Below, piece after piece: positions 47,404 to 57,233 of a stretch of 64,000 nucleotides of DNA. The first letter of the stretch is position 1; the number at the start of each line of letters is the position of its first letter. This DNA comes from Vicinamibacteria bacterium (GTDB taxonomy: Bacteria > Acidobacteriota > Vicinamibacteria > Marinacidobacterales > Marinacidobacteraceae). The stretch is taken from the NCBI GenBank assembly GCA_963668695.2, contig CAXXLQ010000004.1, positions 832,001 to 896,000 of the forward strand, in the 5' to 3' direction. The notes under the pieces are model-generated. The model did no database searches, was not told the origin of the DNA, and was given only the letters and a program-made list of their open reading frames with translations. The translations under genes and the position numbers were made by a program.

Positions 47404-49248
47404 ATGCGGGAAATGCGGAATTCGTTCCCGCGGCGCCACCGCGGCGTCTTGCTGGCGCTGGCCGCCGGGGCCGTCGGGCTGGGCCTGGGGTGGACCCCCG
47501 CCGATCGTGATGGCAGGCCGGGGCCACGGAGGCCGCAGGCCATCGCGCTTCTCCAGGACACCCCGGCCGGCGAGGTGGTGCTCGTCGGCAACCGCACGGG
47601 AACGGTCAGCGTCATCCGCACCGACGATCTCACCCTGTTGGGAGAGGCGCCGGTCGGCCGCAACATCACTGCGCTGACGCCGGTGCCCAGCGGGAGCGGT
47701 CGGCCCGGCAGGAGCGGTCAAATCGTCGCTCTCGATCACGACGCGCACGAGCTCCTGCTGCTGCGCCCCGGGGACGGCCTCTGGACCGCTCCCGGTCCCT
47801 TCCCGGCCGCCGCCGGAAAGCCGCTCTTCGAAGTGGAAGCGGCCATCCCGACCTGCCGGTATCCGATCCGCGCGATTTCGAGGGACTCGGCGCTGGTCGT
47901 TTCCTGTCTCTGGTCGCGGCAGGTGCGGTACCACGACCTCGGCGGCCCGGACGGGGTTGCCGAAGGTTTGAGGACCCCGCGTTGGACGGCGGAGCTGCCC
48001 TTCGAACCACAGGAGCTGGTGTTCCTCGACGACCGGCAACTGCTCGTGGCCGACGCCTTCGGCGGAGGTCTCGCGGTGGTCTCGGTTGCCGGCGGCGAAT
48101 TGCTCCGCGTCACCGAGCTGAGCAGTCACAACCTCAGGGGCCTGACGCTCCTTCCGGATGGACGAATTGCGATCGCGCACCAGGAACTCCATACCGGGAT
48201 GCACACCACCTCGGACGACATCCGCTGGGGGGTGTTCATCACGAACAGCGTCAGCCTGTTGCCGGTGGACGACCTGGTCTCCGGCAACCCGCGCCTGGTC
48301 CGGCGAACCCGGATCATGGATCTCGGCGACGTCCTCACTCCGTCCGGAGATCCGGCGGCGATGGTCGTTTCGCCGGAGGGCGAGTTGGTCATCGCCTTGT
48401 CCGGGGTCGGCCGGTTGGCGTTCGGAGCCACGGATGCCCGGCGGATGAGTCACGCGCGGGTGGGCCTCGGCCCTTCGGCGATCGCCGCCGGCAGGAGTGA
48501 ACTCGGGGACGGCCTCCTCTACGTGGCGAACACCCGCTCGGATGAGGTTTCGGTGGTCTCGCTCGAACTCCAGACCGAAGTGGCCCGCGTGCCGCTCGGC
48601 CCGCCAGCGCCCCTGACCGCAGCGGAACGCGGAGAACTCTTGTTCCACGACGCCACCCTGTCGCTCCGCGGGTGGATGAGCTGCGCGAGTTGCCACACCG
48701 GAGGGCACACCAACCACCGTCTCTCGGACACGCTCGGCGACGGCCAATACGGCGCGCCGAAGCGCGTTCTCTCGCTGCTCGGAGTGGCCGACACGAAACC
48801 GTGGGCCTGGGACGGGCAGATCCGCCAGCTCGAGGATCAGGTGGAAAAGTCCGTCCGTACGACGCTTCGCGGGCGGGACCTCGAAGTCCGGGAAGTGGAC
48901 GACCTCGCCGCCTATCTGCGCACGCTGGAGCTACCCGAAGTCAGCGAACCGGGAGAAACGGCGCTCATCGCCGCGGGGCGGGAAGCGTTCGACCGCTACA
49001 CCTGCAACCGCTGCCACACCGCTCCGGTCTACACCTCACCGGGAGCGCACAACGTGGGACTCACGGACGAGGTGGGCAACAACCGGTTCAATCCGCCCTC
49101 ACTGCGGGGGGTGAAGTTCCGGCGGGCCCTCCTCCACGACGGCTCGGCGAAATCCCTCGAAGAGGTCTTCGAGGTCCATCCCGGGTTCGACGTCGAGGTC
49201 CAGACCCCCGACCTCCCCGCCCTGATCGCCTTCCTCAGAACACTCTGA
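47404..49248 (+). CDS. YVTN beta-propeller / di-heme cytochrome c protein
   Basis: LYVANTRSDEVSVV; heme motifs CASCH and CNRCH; PWAWDG, PSLRGV, LLHDGSA. Confidence 0.85.
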   Translation: MREMRNSFPRRHRGVLLALAAGAVGLGLGWTPADRDGRPGPRRPQAIALLQDTPAGEVVLVGNRTGTVSVIRTDDLTLLGEAPVGRNITALTPVPSGSGRPGRSGQIVALDHDAHELLLLRPGDGLWTAPGPFPAAAGKPLFEVEAAIPTCRYPIRAISRDSALVVSCLWSRQVRYHDLGGPDGVAEGLRTPRWTAELPFEPQELVFLDDRQLLVADAFGGGLAVVSVAGGELLRVTELSSHNLRGLTLLPDGRIAIAHQELHTGMHTTSDDIRWGVFITNSVSLLPVDDLVSGNPRLVRRTRIMDLGDVLTPSGDPAAMVVSPEGELVIALSGVGRLAFGATDARRMSHARVGLGPSAIAAGRSELGDGLLYVANTRSDEVSVVSLELQTEVARVPLGPPAPLTAAERGELLFHDATLSLRGWMSCASCHTGGHTNHRLSDTLGDGQYGAPKRVLSLLGVADTKPWAWDGQIRQLEDQVEKSVRTTLRGRDLEVREVDDLAAYLRTLELPEVSEPGETALIAAGREAFDRYTCNRCHTAPVYTSPGAHNVGLTDEVGNNRFNPPSLRGVKFRRALLHDGSAKSLEEVFEVHPGFDVEVQTPDLPALIAFLRTL

Positions 49249-49253
49249 GGCGC

Positions 49254-49440
49254 GGGAGCGCCGGCCAGTTCCCCCGGTGGGGGCCTTCAGACCGGCATCG
49301 CGGTCCAGAGGACCGCGCAACCCCGAACTGCGGACCTGCGCCAACGGACAGCAGGTAAGGGACCGCCGGCTTCCGGCCGGCATCGCCGGCTTCCGGCCGG
49401 CATCGTTGGCCGCAGGCCGGTATCGCTGGCCGCCGGCCGG
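49254..49440. repeat. REP palindrome cluster between convergent genes
   Basis: gccggcttccggccggcatc repeated; the first copy carries the 19-mer variant CCAGTTCCCCCGGTGGGGG. Confidence 0.8.
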
Positions 49441-51018
49441 TCAGGGGCGCGGAAGTCGGGGCACGTTGAGCGGGCTCGCCTCCAGCACTCGGCTCCAGAT
49501 CCTGCGGCCGACCGCGTCGGCTTCCCTGATGATGCTGTCCTCGTCCATGGAGAGGACCGTGCGGTCGCGCATGACGAACTGTCCGTCCACCATGACCGAC
49601 TCGATGTCGCCCGGGTGTCCGCTGTGCACCAGCGCGGAGATGATGCGCCCCGCCGGCACCAGGTGCGCCCGCTGCGTGTCCACCACCAGGAGGTCGGCCT
49701 TCTTCCCGACTTCCAGAGTGCCGAGATCGTCGGTTTGCTGCACTGCTTGCGCGCCGCCCTGGGTGGCGTCCGCCAGGATGTCCTCCGGCTGGGGCTGGAG
49801 GCCGGGAACCTCGTCCCCGTCGCGATTGCGCCGGATCCGTTCCGTCAACAGCGCGATCCGCATCACCTCGAAGACATCGTTGGTGTTGTTGTCGGTACCG
49901 AGGGCGATGGGGCAACCGGCCGTCCGCAGTTCCGGAATTGGCGGGCTGATTCCGCGGTTCGCCGCCATCCCCGCCTGGTGCGCGATGATGGTGCCCGATC
50001 GGCCTAGCAGCGCGATCTCTTCGTGGTTGACGTAGCGGGCGTGCGCCGCGAACAGCCGGGGACCGAGGAAGTCGTGCCGGTCCAAGTACTCCGCCGGACG
50101 GAGGCCGTGGTGCATGACCATGAACTCGTACTCCGCGCGGCTCTGGTTCAAATGGATCGTGTAGCCGAGATCGTGCGTCTCGGCAAAGTCGCGAACGGCC
50201 CGCAGCAGCTCGGGCGACGACGTCTCGGTGAGCCCGGCCGCCGGAAACACCGAGATGCGGCCCTGCCGTTCGCCATGCCAGGTGCTGAACAGGTCGCTGA
50301 TCCGCTGCATGCCCTCGTCCCGCAGCCTCTCCGAGAACCGGGGGGTCTCGCTGACCCCCTCCGCCATCGCCCGCGTGGACATCGGGCCGGGAACGTTCTC
50401 GGCGTCGCGGATCCCTTCCGCGAAGACGCAGCGGAGCCCGGAGTCGGCGAGTGCCGCCGCCTGGCGCTGGATGTTCCCGGTGTACTCGACGATGGTGGTG
50501 GTCCCGGTGCGGATGGCCTCGAGGGCGGCCACCTGCACCATGAGATTGCCTTCCTCCCCCTCGAGGAGACTGGCGGGCGAGATCGCGAGGTTCGCGGTGT
50601 TCGGGAAGCCGAAGTCCTCGTTGAAGCCGCGCGCGATGACCGCCCGCATGTGGGCGTGAGTGTTGATGAGGCCGGGGAAGAGGGCCTTGCCGCGTCCGTC
50701 GTACTGCTCGGCGCCGGGATAGTCGGCGAGGACCGCAGCGGTCGGCCCGATTGCCGCGATCCGGTCGCCCTCGACCGCGAGAGCCACGTCATTCCGGACG
50801 GCGTCGGCGTTCGCGACGGTGGTGTTCGTGAAGACGACCGTCCCGGCCTGCTGCGCGGGGAGCCCCTTGCCTGACGGCGCCGCGGCGCGAACGCGGCCTG
50901 GCTCCAGCGACAGGGCTGCCGCGCCGGCGCCGGCGAGCACTTGCCGGCGGGTGAGGCCGCCGGAGCTAGGGGAGGAGCGCGGCGCCCGCGCCGAACTCTT
51001 GCCGGATGGTGTTGCCAT
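49441..51018 (-). CDS. Tat-exported amidohydrolase (SsnA/AtzA-like)
   Basis: TRRQVL; PGLINTHAH, IHLNQS, AAHA, LGTD, GKKADL. Confidence 0.9.
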   Translation of the reverse strand: MATPSGKSSARAPRSSPSSGGLTRRQVLAGAGAAALSLEPGRVRAAAPSGKGLPAQQAGTVVFTNTTVANADAVRNDVALAVEGDRIAAIGPTAAVLADYPGAEQYDGRGKALFPGLINTHAHMRAVIARGFNEDFGFPNTANLAISPASLLEGEEGNLMVQVAALEAIRTGTTTIVEYTGNIQRQAAALADSGLRCVFAEGIRDAENVPGPMSTRAMAEGVSETPRFSERLRDEGMQRISDLFSTWHGERQGRISVFPAAGLTETSSPELLRAVRDFAETHDLGYTIHLNQSRAEYEFMVMHHGLRPAEYLDRHDFLGPRLFAAHARYVNHEEIALLGRSGTIIAHQAGMAANRGISPPIPELRTAGCPIALGTDNNTNDVFEVMRIALLTERIRRNRDGDEVPGLQPQPEDILADATQGGAQAVQQTDDLGTLEVGKKADLLVVDTQRAHLVPAGRIISALVHSGHPGDIESVMVDGQFVMRDRTVLSMDEDSIIREADAVGRRIWSRVLEASPLNVPRLPRP

Positions 51019-51083
51019 GGTGATGAGCCTTCCTCAAATGAAGGGTACCGCGTAGGTCCGGCGCGGATACCCGCCGGAAGCCT

Positions 51084-51268
51084 TAGCAGCCGGTGGACAA
51101 AGTCACGCGGCGTTCGAGCGGCTATCCATCCCGGCTGAACCGCGCCGCTTCGCGTCGCTCATCGTTGCGCTTCGGTCGAAATACACTCGGTATTCCTCCC
51201 TCGCGCGCCTTGTCAGCCGGGCGCCTCACCGCTCTCGGCGCTCACGCCACTTTATCCACAGGCTGCTA
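51084..51268 (-). mobile_element. MITE, insert-free (empty) form, ~185 bp
   Basis: TAGCAGCCGGTGGACAAAGT...ACTTTATCCACAGGCTGCTA; lacks the 19-mer at all five sites; abuts the TAG of the GWxTD gene. Confidence 0.92.
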
Positions 51269-53449
51269 GGCCGCGGGGGTCGAAACCGCCATGGCTTCTC
51301 CATGAGACGGCCCGAATCGGACGCCCTCATCACGGATCCGATTCCCTTGCCCGGGGACGCTCTTGAGTTGTCGCAAATGCTCCCGGGCGTCGTCCTGATC
51401 GGGCAGGAGCTCCAGTGAGCGCTCCAGATACTCGATGGCGCCGGGCGCGTTGCCCAGTTCGGCCTCGCAGGCAGCGAGAAGGTTGAGGACCTGGGGCTCG
51501 GCCCCGCGGAGTCGAAGCGCCTGCTCGAGAAACTCCACGGCTCGCGCGGGCTCACCCATTCGCTGGTACGCCCCGCCGAGGACCACGGCGACGTCGTAGC
51601 TCTCCGGGTTTTCCTGGTATATCGGCTCGAGAAGGCTGATGGCGCCGGAGGCGTCGCCCTGATCGAGGTAGATGCGGGCGAGCGGCACCCGGGCATCCGT
51701 CAGGTCCGGTTTCGCCTCCAGCGCTCGCCCGTACAGCTCCATCGCTCGCGCCCGATCTCCTTTCTCGTCGTACTGATTTCCGAGGGTGGCGAGCACGAAG
51801 GCCGGATGTGCGAAGTCATTCGTGCCGTACATCGCCCAGGGACGCGGAACCGCGTCGCGCGGACTCACGTCGAAATCGGAGACCTGGCTCGCCGCGATGT
51901 CTCCCGACCCATCGACGAGGTCGACTCGAAGCCGATACCGGCCGCCAACCGATGCCGGCAGATCCCGTATCTCGAAGACGGGACGAGTACGGTACTCCGA
52001 GAGCGGCAACGATTCGGACACGAGCGGCACGTCGCTGTCACCCGCGGGAAGTATCCGGAAACGGAGCTCGTGATCCTCGGACGCCCCCGTGACGGGAACG
52101 TGGACGCGCAGCGGCTCTCCGATCGCGTAGACGCGTTTTGCATTGGGATGAAGAACCATCCCGGCGACGACGTAGCTCCGATATCCGGGGCTCCGATATC
52201 CGGGGCTCCGATATCCGGGCCCGGACTCCGGGCCAACCGGTTCGGCGTTGTAGAGCAGCACGGGCTCTCCCAGGAGCGGCTCGCCCTCCCGCCATTCCGG
52301 CGCCCGCAGCTCGCCGTCGAACGTCGTGTAGTCGCTCCGCGCCCGATTCTTGAACACGATCCGCAACCGGTAGTCCCCCGCTACGAGCGGGAACATGCTC
52401 CGGTACGCAAAGGGGCGGCGCCCCACCTGCTGGAGCTCTGAGGGCGCCAGCTCCAGGTATTCGACTTTGGAGAGGGTATGCACAACCTCCTCGCTCGGCG
52501 AACTGACCTCGGCATGGAGCTCGAAAGCCGTGTAGACACGGTTCTCCTCCCGCATCAGGGTGAGATGCTGAGGGTCGATCTCGATGCTGAAATGAACGAG
52601 GCTCTCCCCCGCGGGGCCGGGGAGAACGGCCACCGCCACCGAGCTCGCCATGTAGTTGAACATGTACTCCGCTTCCACCATCCCCCGTGCGCTCCTCGCG
52701 GCGTCGATGTAGCTCGTGTCGAGTCGCCGGTAAGGAGACTCGTGAATGTTCGCCAGGACCTGACCCGAATCCAGGGCCCCGGCCTCGAGCCCCGTCGAGA
52801 ACGAATATCCGCCCTGATCGGCTCGCATCGACATCGCGGCGTTGGCCAGCTCGGGGGAGATCTCCTGCAGGCGGGTATAGGCCTCCGCGAGGTCTTCGGC
52901 GAGTAGGCCCATGGAAAGGATCAGGCGTTCCGGCCGGTCGATGAAGTGGTTGTAGAGCCGTAACGCTCCGGCGCCTCCGGGCTGAAAGAAGAGCAGGTAG
53001 AACGGCGGCAGGCCCGCCATCCGATCGCCGTCATAGAACCACACCTCGGCGGGATAGATTCCGCCCACGTTCCGGAAATTGGACCGATCCCTCGGCTCGC
53101 CCAGGATGATGTACATGCGTCCCCGATCGGTCTTCCAGCCGGGAATGGCCGCTTCGCCGCCGAGCCTTCGATTCGCGTAGTCGATCCGGCGGTAGTGCTC
53201 TTCCCGGAACTCGTTGATCTCGGTGAGGGGGTCGGGGTCGCGCCGGCGCCAAAAGGCCGCGACAAAAGCGTCCCGTTCTTCCATCGCCTCGAGCTGGAGG
53301 AAGAACTCCTTCTCGCGCTCGCTGATGATGTAGACGACCTCGTCTTCGAGCCACTCCCGAAGCCTCTCCGGTAACTGCTCGGTCTGCTCGCCAGCCGCGG
53401 CGCCGCAGAGCCCGAGGGCGAGCGAGGCAAGGACGACGAAGCGAAGCAT
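51266..53449 (-). CDS. GWxTD-domain protein with C-terminal TPRs
   Basis: FWRRRDP...NEFREEHYRR...GWKTDRGRMYIILGEP; several TPRs. Confidence 0.92.
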   Translation of the reverse strand: MLRFVVLASLALGLCGAAAGEQTEQLPERLREWLEDEVVYIISEREKEFFLQLEAMEERDAFVAAFWRRRDPDPLTEINEFREEHYRRIDYANRRLGGEAAIPGWKTDRGRMYIILGEPRDRSNFRNVGGIYPAEVWFYDGDRMAGLPPFYLLFFQPGGAGALRLYNHFIDRPERLILSMGLLAEDLAEAYTRLQEISPELANAAMSMRADQGGYSFSTGLEAGALDSGQVLANIHESPYRRLDTSYIDAARSARGMVEAEYMFNYMASSVAVAVLPGPAGESLVHFSIEIDPQHLTLMREENRVYTAFELHAEVSSPSEEVVHTLSKVEYLELAPSELQQVGRRPFAYRSMFPLVAGDYRLRIVFKNRARSDYTTFDGELRAPEWREGEPLLGEPVLLYNAEPVGPESGPGYRSPGYRSPGYRSYVVAGMVLHPNAKRVYAIGEPLRVHVPVTGASEDHELRFRILPAGDSDVPLVSESLPLSEYRTRPVFEIRDLPASVGGRYRLRVDLVDGSGDIAASQVSDFDVSPRDAVPRPWAMYGTNDFAHPAFVLATLGNQYDEKGDRARAMELYGRALEAKPDLTDARVPLARIYLDQGDASGAISLLEPIYQENPESYDVAVVLGGAYQRMGEPARAVEFLEQALRLRGAEPQVLNLLAACEAELGNAPGAIEYLERSLELLPDQDDAREHLRQLKSVPGQGNRIRDEGVRFGPSHGEAMAVSTPAA
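52176..52220. repeat. 15-bp x3 in-frame tandem repeat
   Basis: ctccgatatccgggg three times, encoding GPGYR-SPGYR-SPGYR-S. Confidence 0.9.
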
Positions 53450-53613
53450 GGAAGCTTCCACGCCTCATCTGAACATCGCCGCACCAGCGAAGTCAACTCC
53501 GATGACCCCGGATCCCACGGCCGCGCACCGCGGCCCCCGCGCGGTTGGACCGGCGATCCAAGGAGTTGGTTATCGGTGGCCGATCCCTGGCGGATCGCAG
53601 CGCCTCTCGCGGT

Positions 53614-53627
53614 ATATCTATAGATAT
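53614..53627. promoter_or_regulatory. Perfect 14-bp AT-rich palindrome in a divergent promoter region
   Basis: ATATCTATAGATAT between the GWxTD and TonB receptor genes. Confidence 0.5.
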
Positions 53628-53862
53628 TTCAACGAGATACGAGCGCTCTCCGATGGACGCGTATCGGAATGATATTTGCGTATTTTCATAGGAGCCGAAG
53701 TGGGCGCGTCTCCAGACGCCCGCGCAATCGGCCGCCTTTCGGACTCATAGAGGAGGCGCCCATGCAAGACCTCGCTGTCGAGTTCAAGTCGTTGACGGTG
53801 GACGGATCTGTCGCCGGATCCCTGCCCTCACGCCTCCCACCGCAAAAAGGAGGGCTTGCCAA

Positions 53863-56832
53863 ATGGTGAGTTTCATTTTTCGCACCCTTATCGCCAGTAC
53901 GATCCTGCTCGGCACGGCCGCTCTGGCCCTTGCCCAGGGACAAGGAACTCTTACCGGGAGAATCCTCGATCCGGAAGGATTGGCTCTCCCCGGAGTCACT
54001 GTCACCGCCGAGAGCGAGACCATGCTGGGAACGCGCTCGTCGGTGACGGACGGGGTGGGCAACTACCGCCTCCCGGCCCTCACGCCCGGCATGTACGCAC
54101 TGACGGCGCAACTCTCGGGTTTTGCCCCGCTCCGGCGGGAGAACGTCCAGGTCCGGGCCGGTTCGAACTTCCGTGTCGACCTGCAGATGGCTCTCGGAAG
54201 CGTCGAAGAGACCATCACGGTCACGGCGGAAACCCCCATGATCGAGATGAAGAAACCGGGGCAGGTGATCACCATCGACGGGGATTTCCAGCGCGACGTA
54301 CCCGTCCAGGCGAGGAAGAACTGGACCGACTTCGTCGAGCTCACGCCCGGGGTGAACTCCCGCAACTGGGACGACGGCAGCGGTCGCATGACGTTCTTCG
54401 GACACGGAACCGAGCACTTCCATCACGTGATGCAGCTCGAGGGGCAGATCGCGAGCGCCTACGACGACAGCCAGTTGCCCTATATCCAGTTGACCACCGA
54501 AGCGATCGCCGATGCCGAGATCAAGACGGTGGGCGCCTCCGCCTCCGACCCGATGGGGAACGGTCTCATCATCAACATCATCACCAAGAGCGGTGGTAAC
54601 ACCTTCGACGGCTCCGTCGCGAGCAGCTACCAGCCCATCGATTGGAACAGCGACAACACCGCCGGCAAGGTCAGCTACAACGATGATGTCGAGCGCTTCT
54701 TCAGCCAGAACGAGCTTCCCTCATCGGCGGGGACCCCGACGCTCCAGGAGGTGAAGCAGTTCGATTACTCCGTCGGCGGGCCCATCGCCCGGGACCGGGT
54801 GTGGTTCTTTCATACCGGCCGGCTGGCGAGGAACTCCGCCGAGATCAGCCGTACCGGTCGCGAGGTGGAGATTCTCGAACAGTTCGCGCCGGGGGACGAC
54901 CTCTTCCCCAACGTCTTCGAAGGTTTCTGGCCCTACACAAAGCTGACGGCGCAACTCAGCCCGAACCACAATTTCTCCGGCTATCACCAATTCGACGTCG
55001 CCCACCTCTCGAGCGCCCGCGAGTACCACACGGTGAACTACAACTTCAACAAGACCGGCGGCCACCTCCTCGGTGGAAAAGTGACCTCGGTGTGGAGCCC
55101 AACCCTGACCTCCGATATCGCCGTGTCCTACAACAACAAGCGCTCCGAGACGTCCATCGGCACCATCGAAGCGCTGGGACTGTCGGGACCGCGGATCACG
55201 ATCCACCAGGAAGCGCTCCCCTCGTCCGGTGTCCTGGTCGGAAGCGGCCGGATCCTGGAGGTCGGAAACCGCACAACCTACGGCGAAGATCCCTCCTCCA
55301 TGCTCGTCATCCGCGCGGATTTCACGCTCTACCAAGGCAGTCACGAGATCCAGACGGGAATCTTCGCCGCGCCTCGGAACCGCCGCACGAGCTACACGGA
55401 ATACCTGAACGGGGGCCACAACCAGGAAGACCACTACCTGATCGACCCGAGCGACGCCGGGAGCGGACACCTGCCGTTCCGCCGGCGAATCTACGACACG
55501 ACGGAGATCAAGAGCCGGGAAGCCCGGGACCGGAACATCGCCGTTTACCTTCAGGACGCCTGGAGCCCCACCGACCGCCTCAACATCACTGCTGGTCTCC
55601 GGGTGGATTTCGTGAATCGCTTCGACGCCATCAACAGCATCACCCGGATGAGCAGCACGGAGATCGGGCCGCGGCTGGGCTTGTCCTGGTCCCTGACCGA
55701 GGACTCCCGGAACGTGGTCCGCGCCAGCTACTCCAGGGTGCACGAGCAAGTGAACGGCCGCGACGCAGTGACGAGCTTCGGTTCCTCCGCCGGCGTCGGG
55801 TATCGGGACGAGTACGACGTGGATTTTGACGGTGTCTTCGAGACCGTCGTAGCGACGCCGCCGCGCGCCGGCGACGTTGCCAACTACGAGTTCGATCCCA
55901 CCTTGCACCAGCCGGTCACCGACGAGTTCGTGGCCGGTTACCGCCGTCAGTTCGAGGGGGAGATGGCGCTGGACGTGGCCTATGTCTATCGCAACATCAG
56001 CGACGGCTACGCCACCACCGACGTGAACGGGATCTATCCCGATGGACCCTTCCAGCCTTTCGGGGGATACGGGCTCATCGATCCCAACCGGGGCCAGCTC
56101 GATCAGTTGACGAACAACACCTGGATGGACCTCCGCTACCACGCCCTGGAGGTCGTCGTGGCCAAGCGCATGTCCAACAACTGGCAGGCCATGGGAAGCG
56201 TCAGCAGGCAGTGGCACTCTCAGGCGGGGACGTGGAACCCGACGGATCGCGCCGGATTCATTCAACCGGACGCGTTCGCGAACACGAAGTGCCTCTGGAT
56301 GCCGCGCGGGCTCCGCGACGACAACAGCTACCAGCTCGGCTCGAATTCCACCTACTGCCCCACCTGGCGGGACTACTCGCTTCGCTTCGGCGCCACCTAT
56401 CAGGCGCCGTGGGACATGCTCCTGACGGGCTCCTACACCCACCAGGCGGGTCCCTGGTCCGGCGCCATCTTCACGCGTATCGATGAGCCGGACCCGACGT
56501 TCGGGCCCGCGAGGGTGACGCTCGCGAACGGCACCACGCAGCCGAACCCGCTGGCGGACCGGACCCGCTTCCTGTTCGACACGAGGGACGAGGGGCAGGT
56601 CAAGCTGGGAGACACCAAGCGCCTCTCGGTCAAGGTCGGCAAGGTCATCGACATCATGGGCCCGAATCAGAACATCGAGCTCTCGCTCCAGGTCTTCAAC
56701 CTCTTCAACTTGGGAGACTTCCAGCAGTACACCTACAACGGGGGGAATGCGGTGTTCAACCCGAACTTCCTGCAGCCTCGGAACCGGCAAGCGGGACGCG
56801 GCGTCCAGTTCAACGCCATGTTCCGCTTCTAG
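53863..56832 (+). CDS. TonB-dependent receptor (Oar-like, carboxypeptidase-regulatory N-domain)
   Basis: GLALPGVTVT, ETITVTAETP, INIITKSGGN, YLQDAW, PRLG, C-terminal FRF. Confidence 0.92.
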   Translation: MVSFIFRTLIASTILLGTAALALAQGQGTLTGRILDPEGLALPGVTVTAESETMLGTRSSVTDGVGNYRLPALTPGMYALTAQLSGFAPLRRENVQVRAGSNFRVDLQMALGSVEETITVTAETPMIEMKKPGQVITIDGDFQRDVPVQARKNWTDFVELTPGVNSRNWDDGSGRMTFFGHGTEHFHHVMQLEGQIASAYDDSQLPYIQLTTEAIADAEIKTVGASASDPMGNGLIINIITKSGGNTFDGSVASSYQPIDWNSDNTAGKVSYNDDVERFFSQNELPSSAGTPTLQEVKQFDYSVGGPIARDRVWFFHTGRLARNSAEISRTGREVEILEQFAPGDDLFPNVFEGFWPYTKLTAQLSPNHNFSGYHQFDVAHLSSAREYHTVNYNFNKTGGHLLGGKVTSVWSPTLTSDIAVSYNNKRSETSIGTIEALGLSGPRITIHQEALPSSGVLVGSGRILEVGNRTTYGEDPSSMLVIRADFTLYQGSHEIQTGIFAAPRNRRTSYTEYLNGGHNQEDHYLIDPSDAGSGHLPFRRRIYDTTEIKSREARDRNIAVYLQDAWSPTDRLNITAGLRVDFVNRFDAINSITRMSSTEIGPRLGLSWSLTEDSRNVVRASYSRVHEQVNGRDAVTSFGSSAGVGYRDEYDVDFDGVFETVVATPPRAGDVANYEFDPTLHQPVTDEFVAGYRRQFEGEMALDVAYVYRNISDGYATTDVNGIYPDGPFQPFGGYGLIDPNRGQLDQLTNNTWMDLRYHALEVVVAKRMSNNWQAMGSVSRQWHSQAGTWNPTDRAGFIQPDAFANTKCLWMPRGLRDDNSYQLGSNSTYCPTWRDYSLRFGATYQAPWDMLLTGSYTHQAGPWSGAIFTRIDEPDPTFGPARVTLANGTTQPNPLADRTRFLFDTRDEGQVKLGDTKRLSVKVGKVIDIMGPNQNIELSLQVFNLFNLGDFQQYTYNGGNAVFNPNFLQPRNRQAGRGVQFNAMFRF

Positions 56833-56856
56833 CTCGCACACGATCTCGCGTACATC

Positions 56857-56903
56857 GGGGGGCTCGCACGCCGTCACCGGACGGCGTGCGGGCTCTCTTT
56901 TTT
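56857..56903 (+). terminator. Intrinsic terminator
   Basis: CTCGCACGCCGTC-accg-GACGGCGTGCGGG followed by a T-tract. Confidence 0.85.
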
Positions 56904-56934
56904 CGGCCGGGTTGCGGAGTCTTCCGACCGGTTG

Positions 56935-57193
56935 TGAACAGCCTGTAATGAAACCCACGCGGCCCAGTTCTCCCGGTGGGGGCTCGGCCGGCGATCCATC
57001 CCGGCTGAACTGCGTCGCTTCGCGCCGCTCATCGTTGCGTTTCGGTCGGAATACACCCGGGCCAGCTCTCCCGGTGGGGGCTCCTCCCTCACGCGCCTTG
57101 TCAGCCGGACCCCCACCGGGAGAACTGGGCCTCGCCCCCACCGGGAGAACTGGCCGGCCTCGGCGCTCACCCGGGTTCCACCACAGGCTGTTA
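56935..57193 (-). mobile_element. MITE (subfamily II) with four 19-nt inserts
   Basis: ACAGCCTGTAATGAAACCC...GGGTTCCACCACAGGCTGTTA. Confidence 0.9.
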
Positions 57194-57233
57194 AACGAGC
57201 CAGGCAAACTCTGCCATTGAGGAGGTTCGACCG

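Noticed and set aside
46538-47404. Recurrent small ORFs such as GPVLPVGAPPSRALSAG or PHREDWP
   Set aside because: They are translations of the non-coding MITE in several frames.
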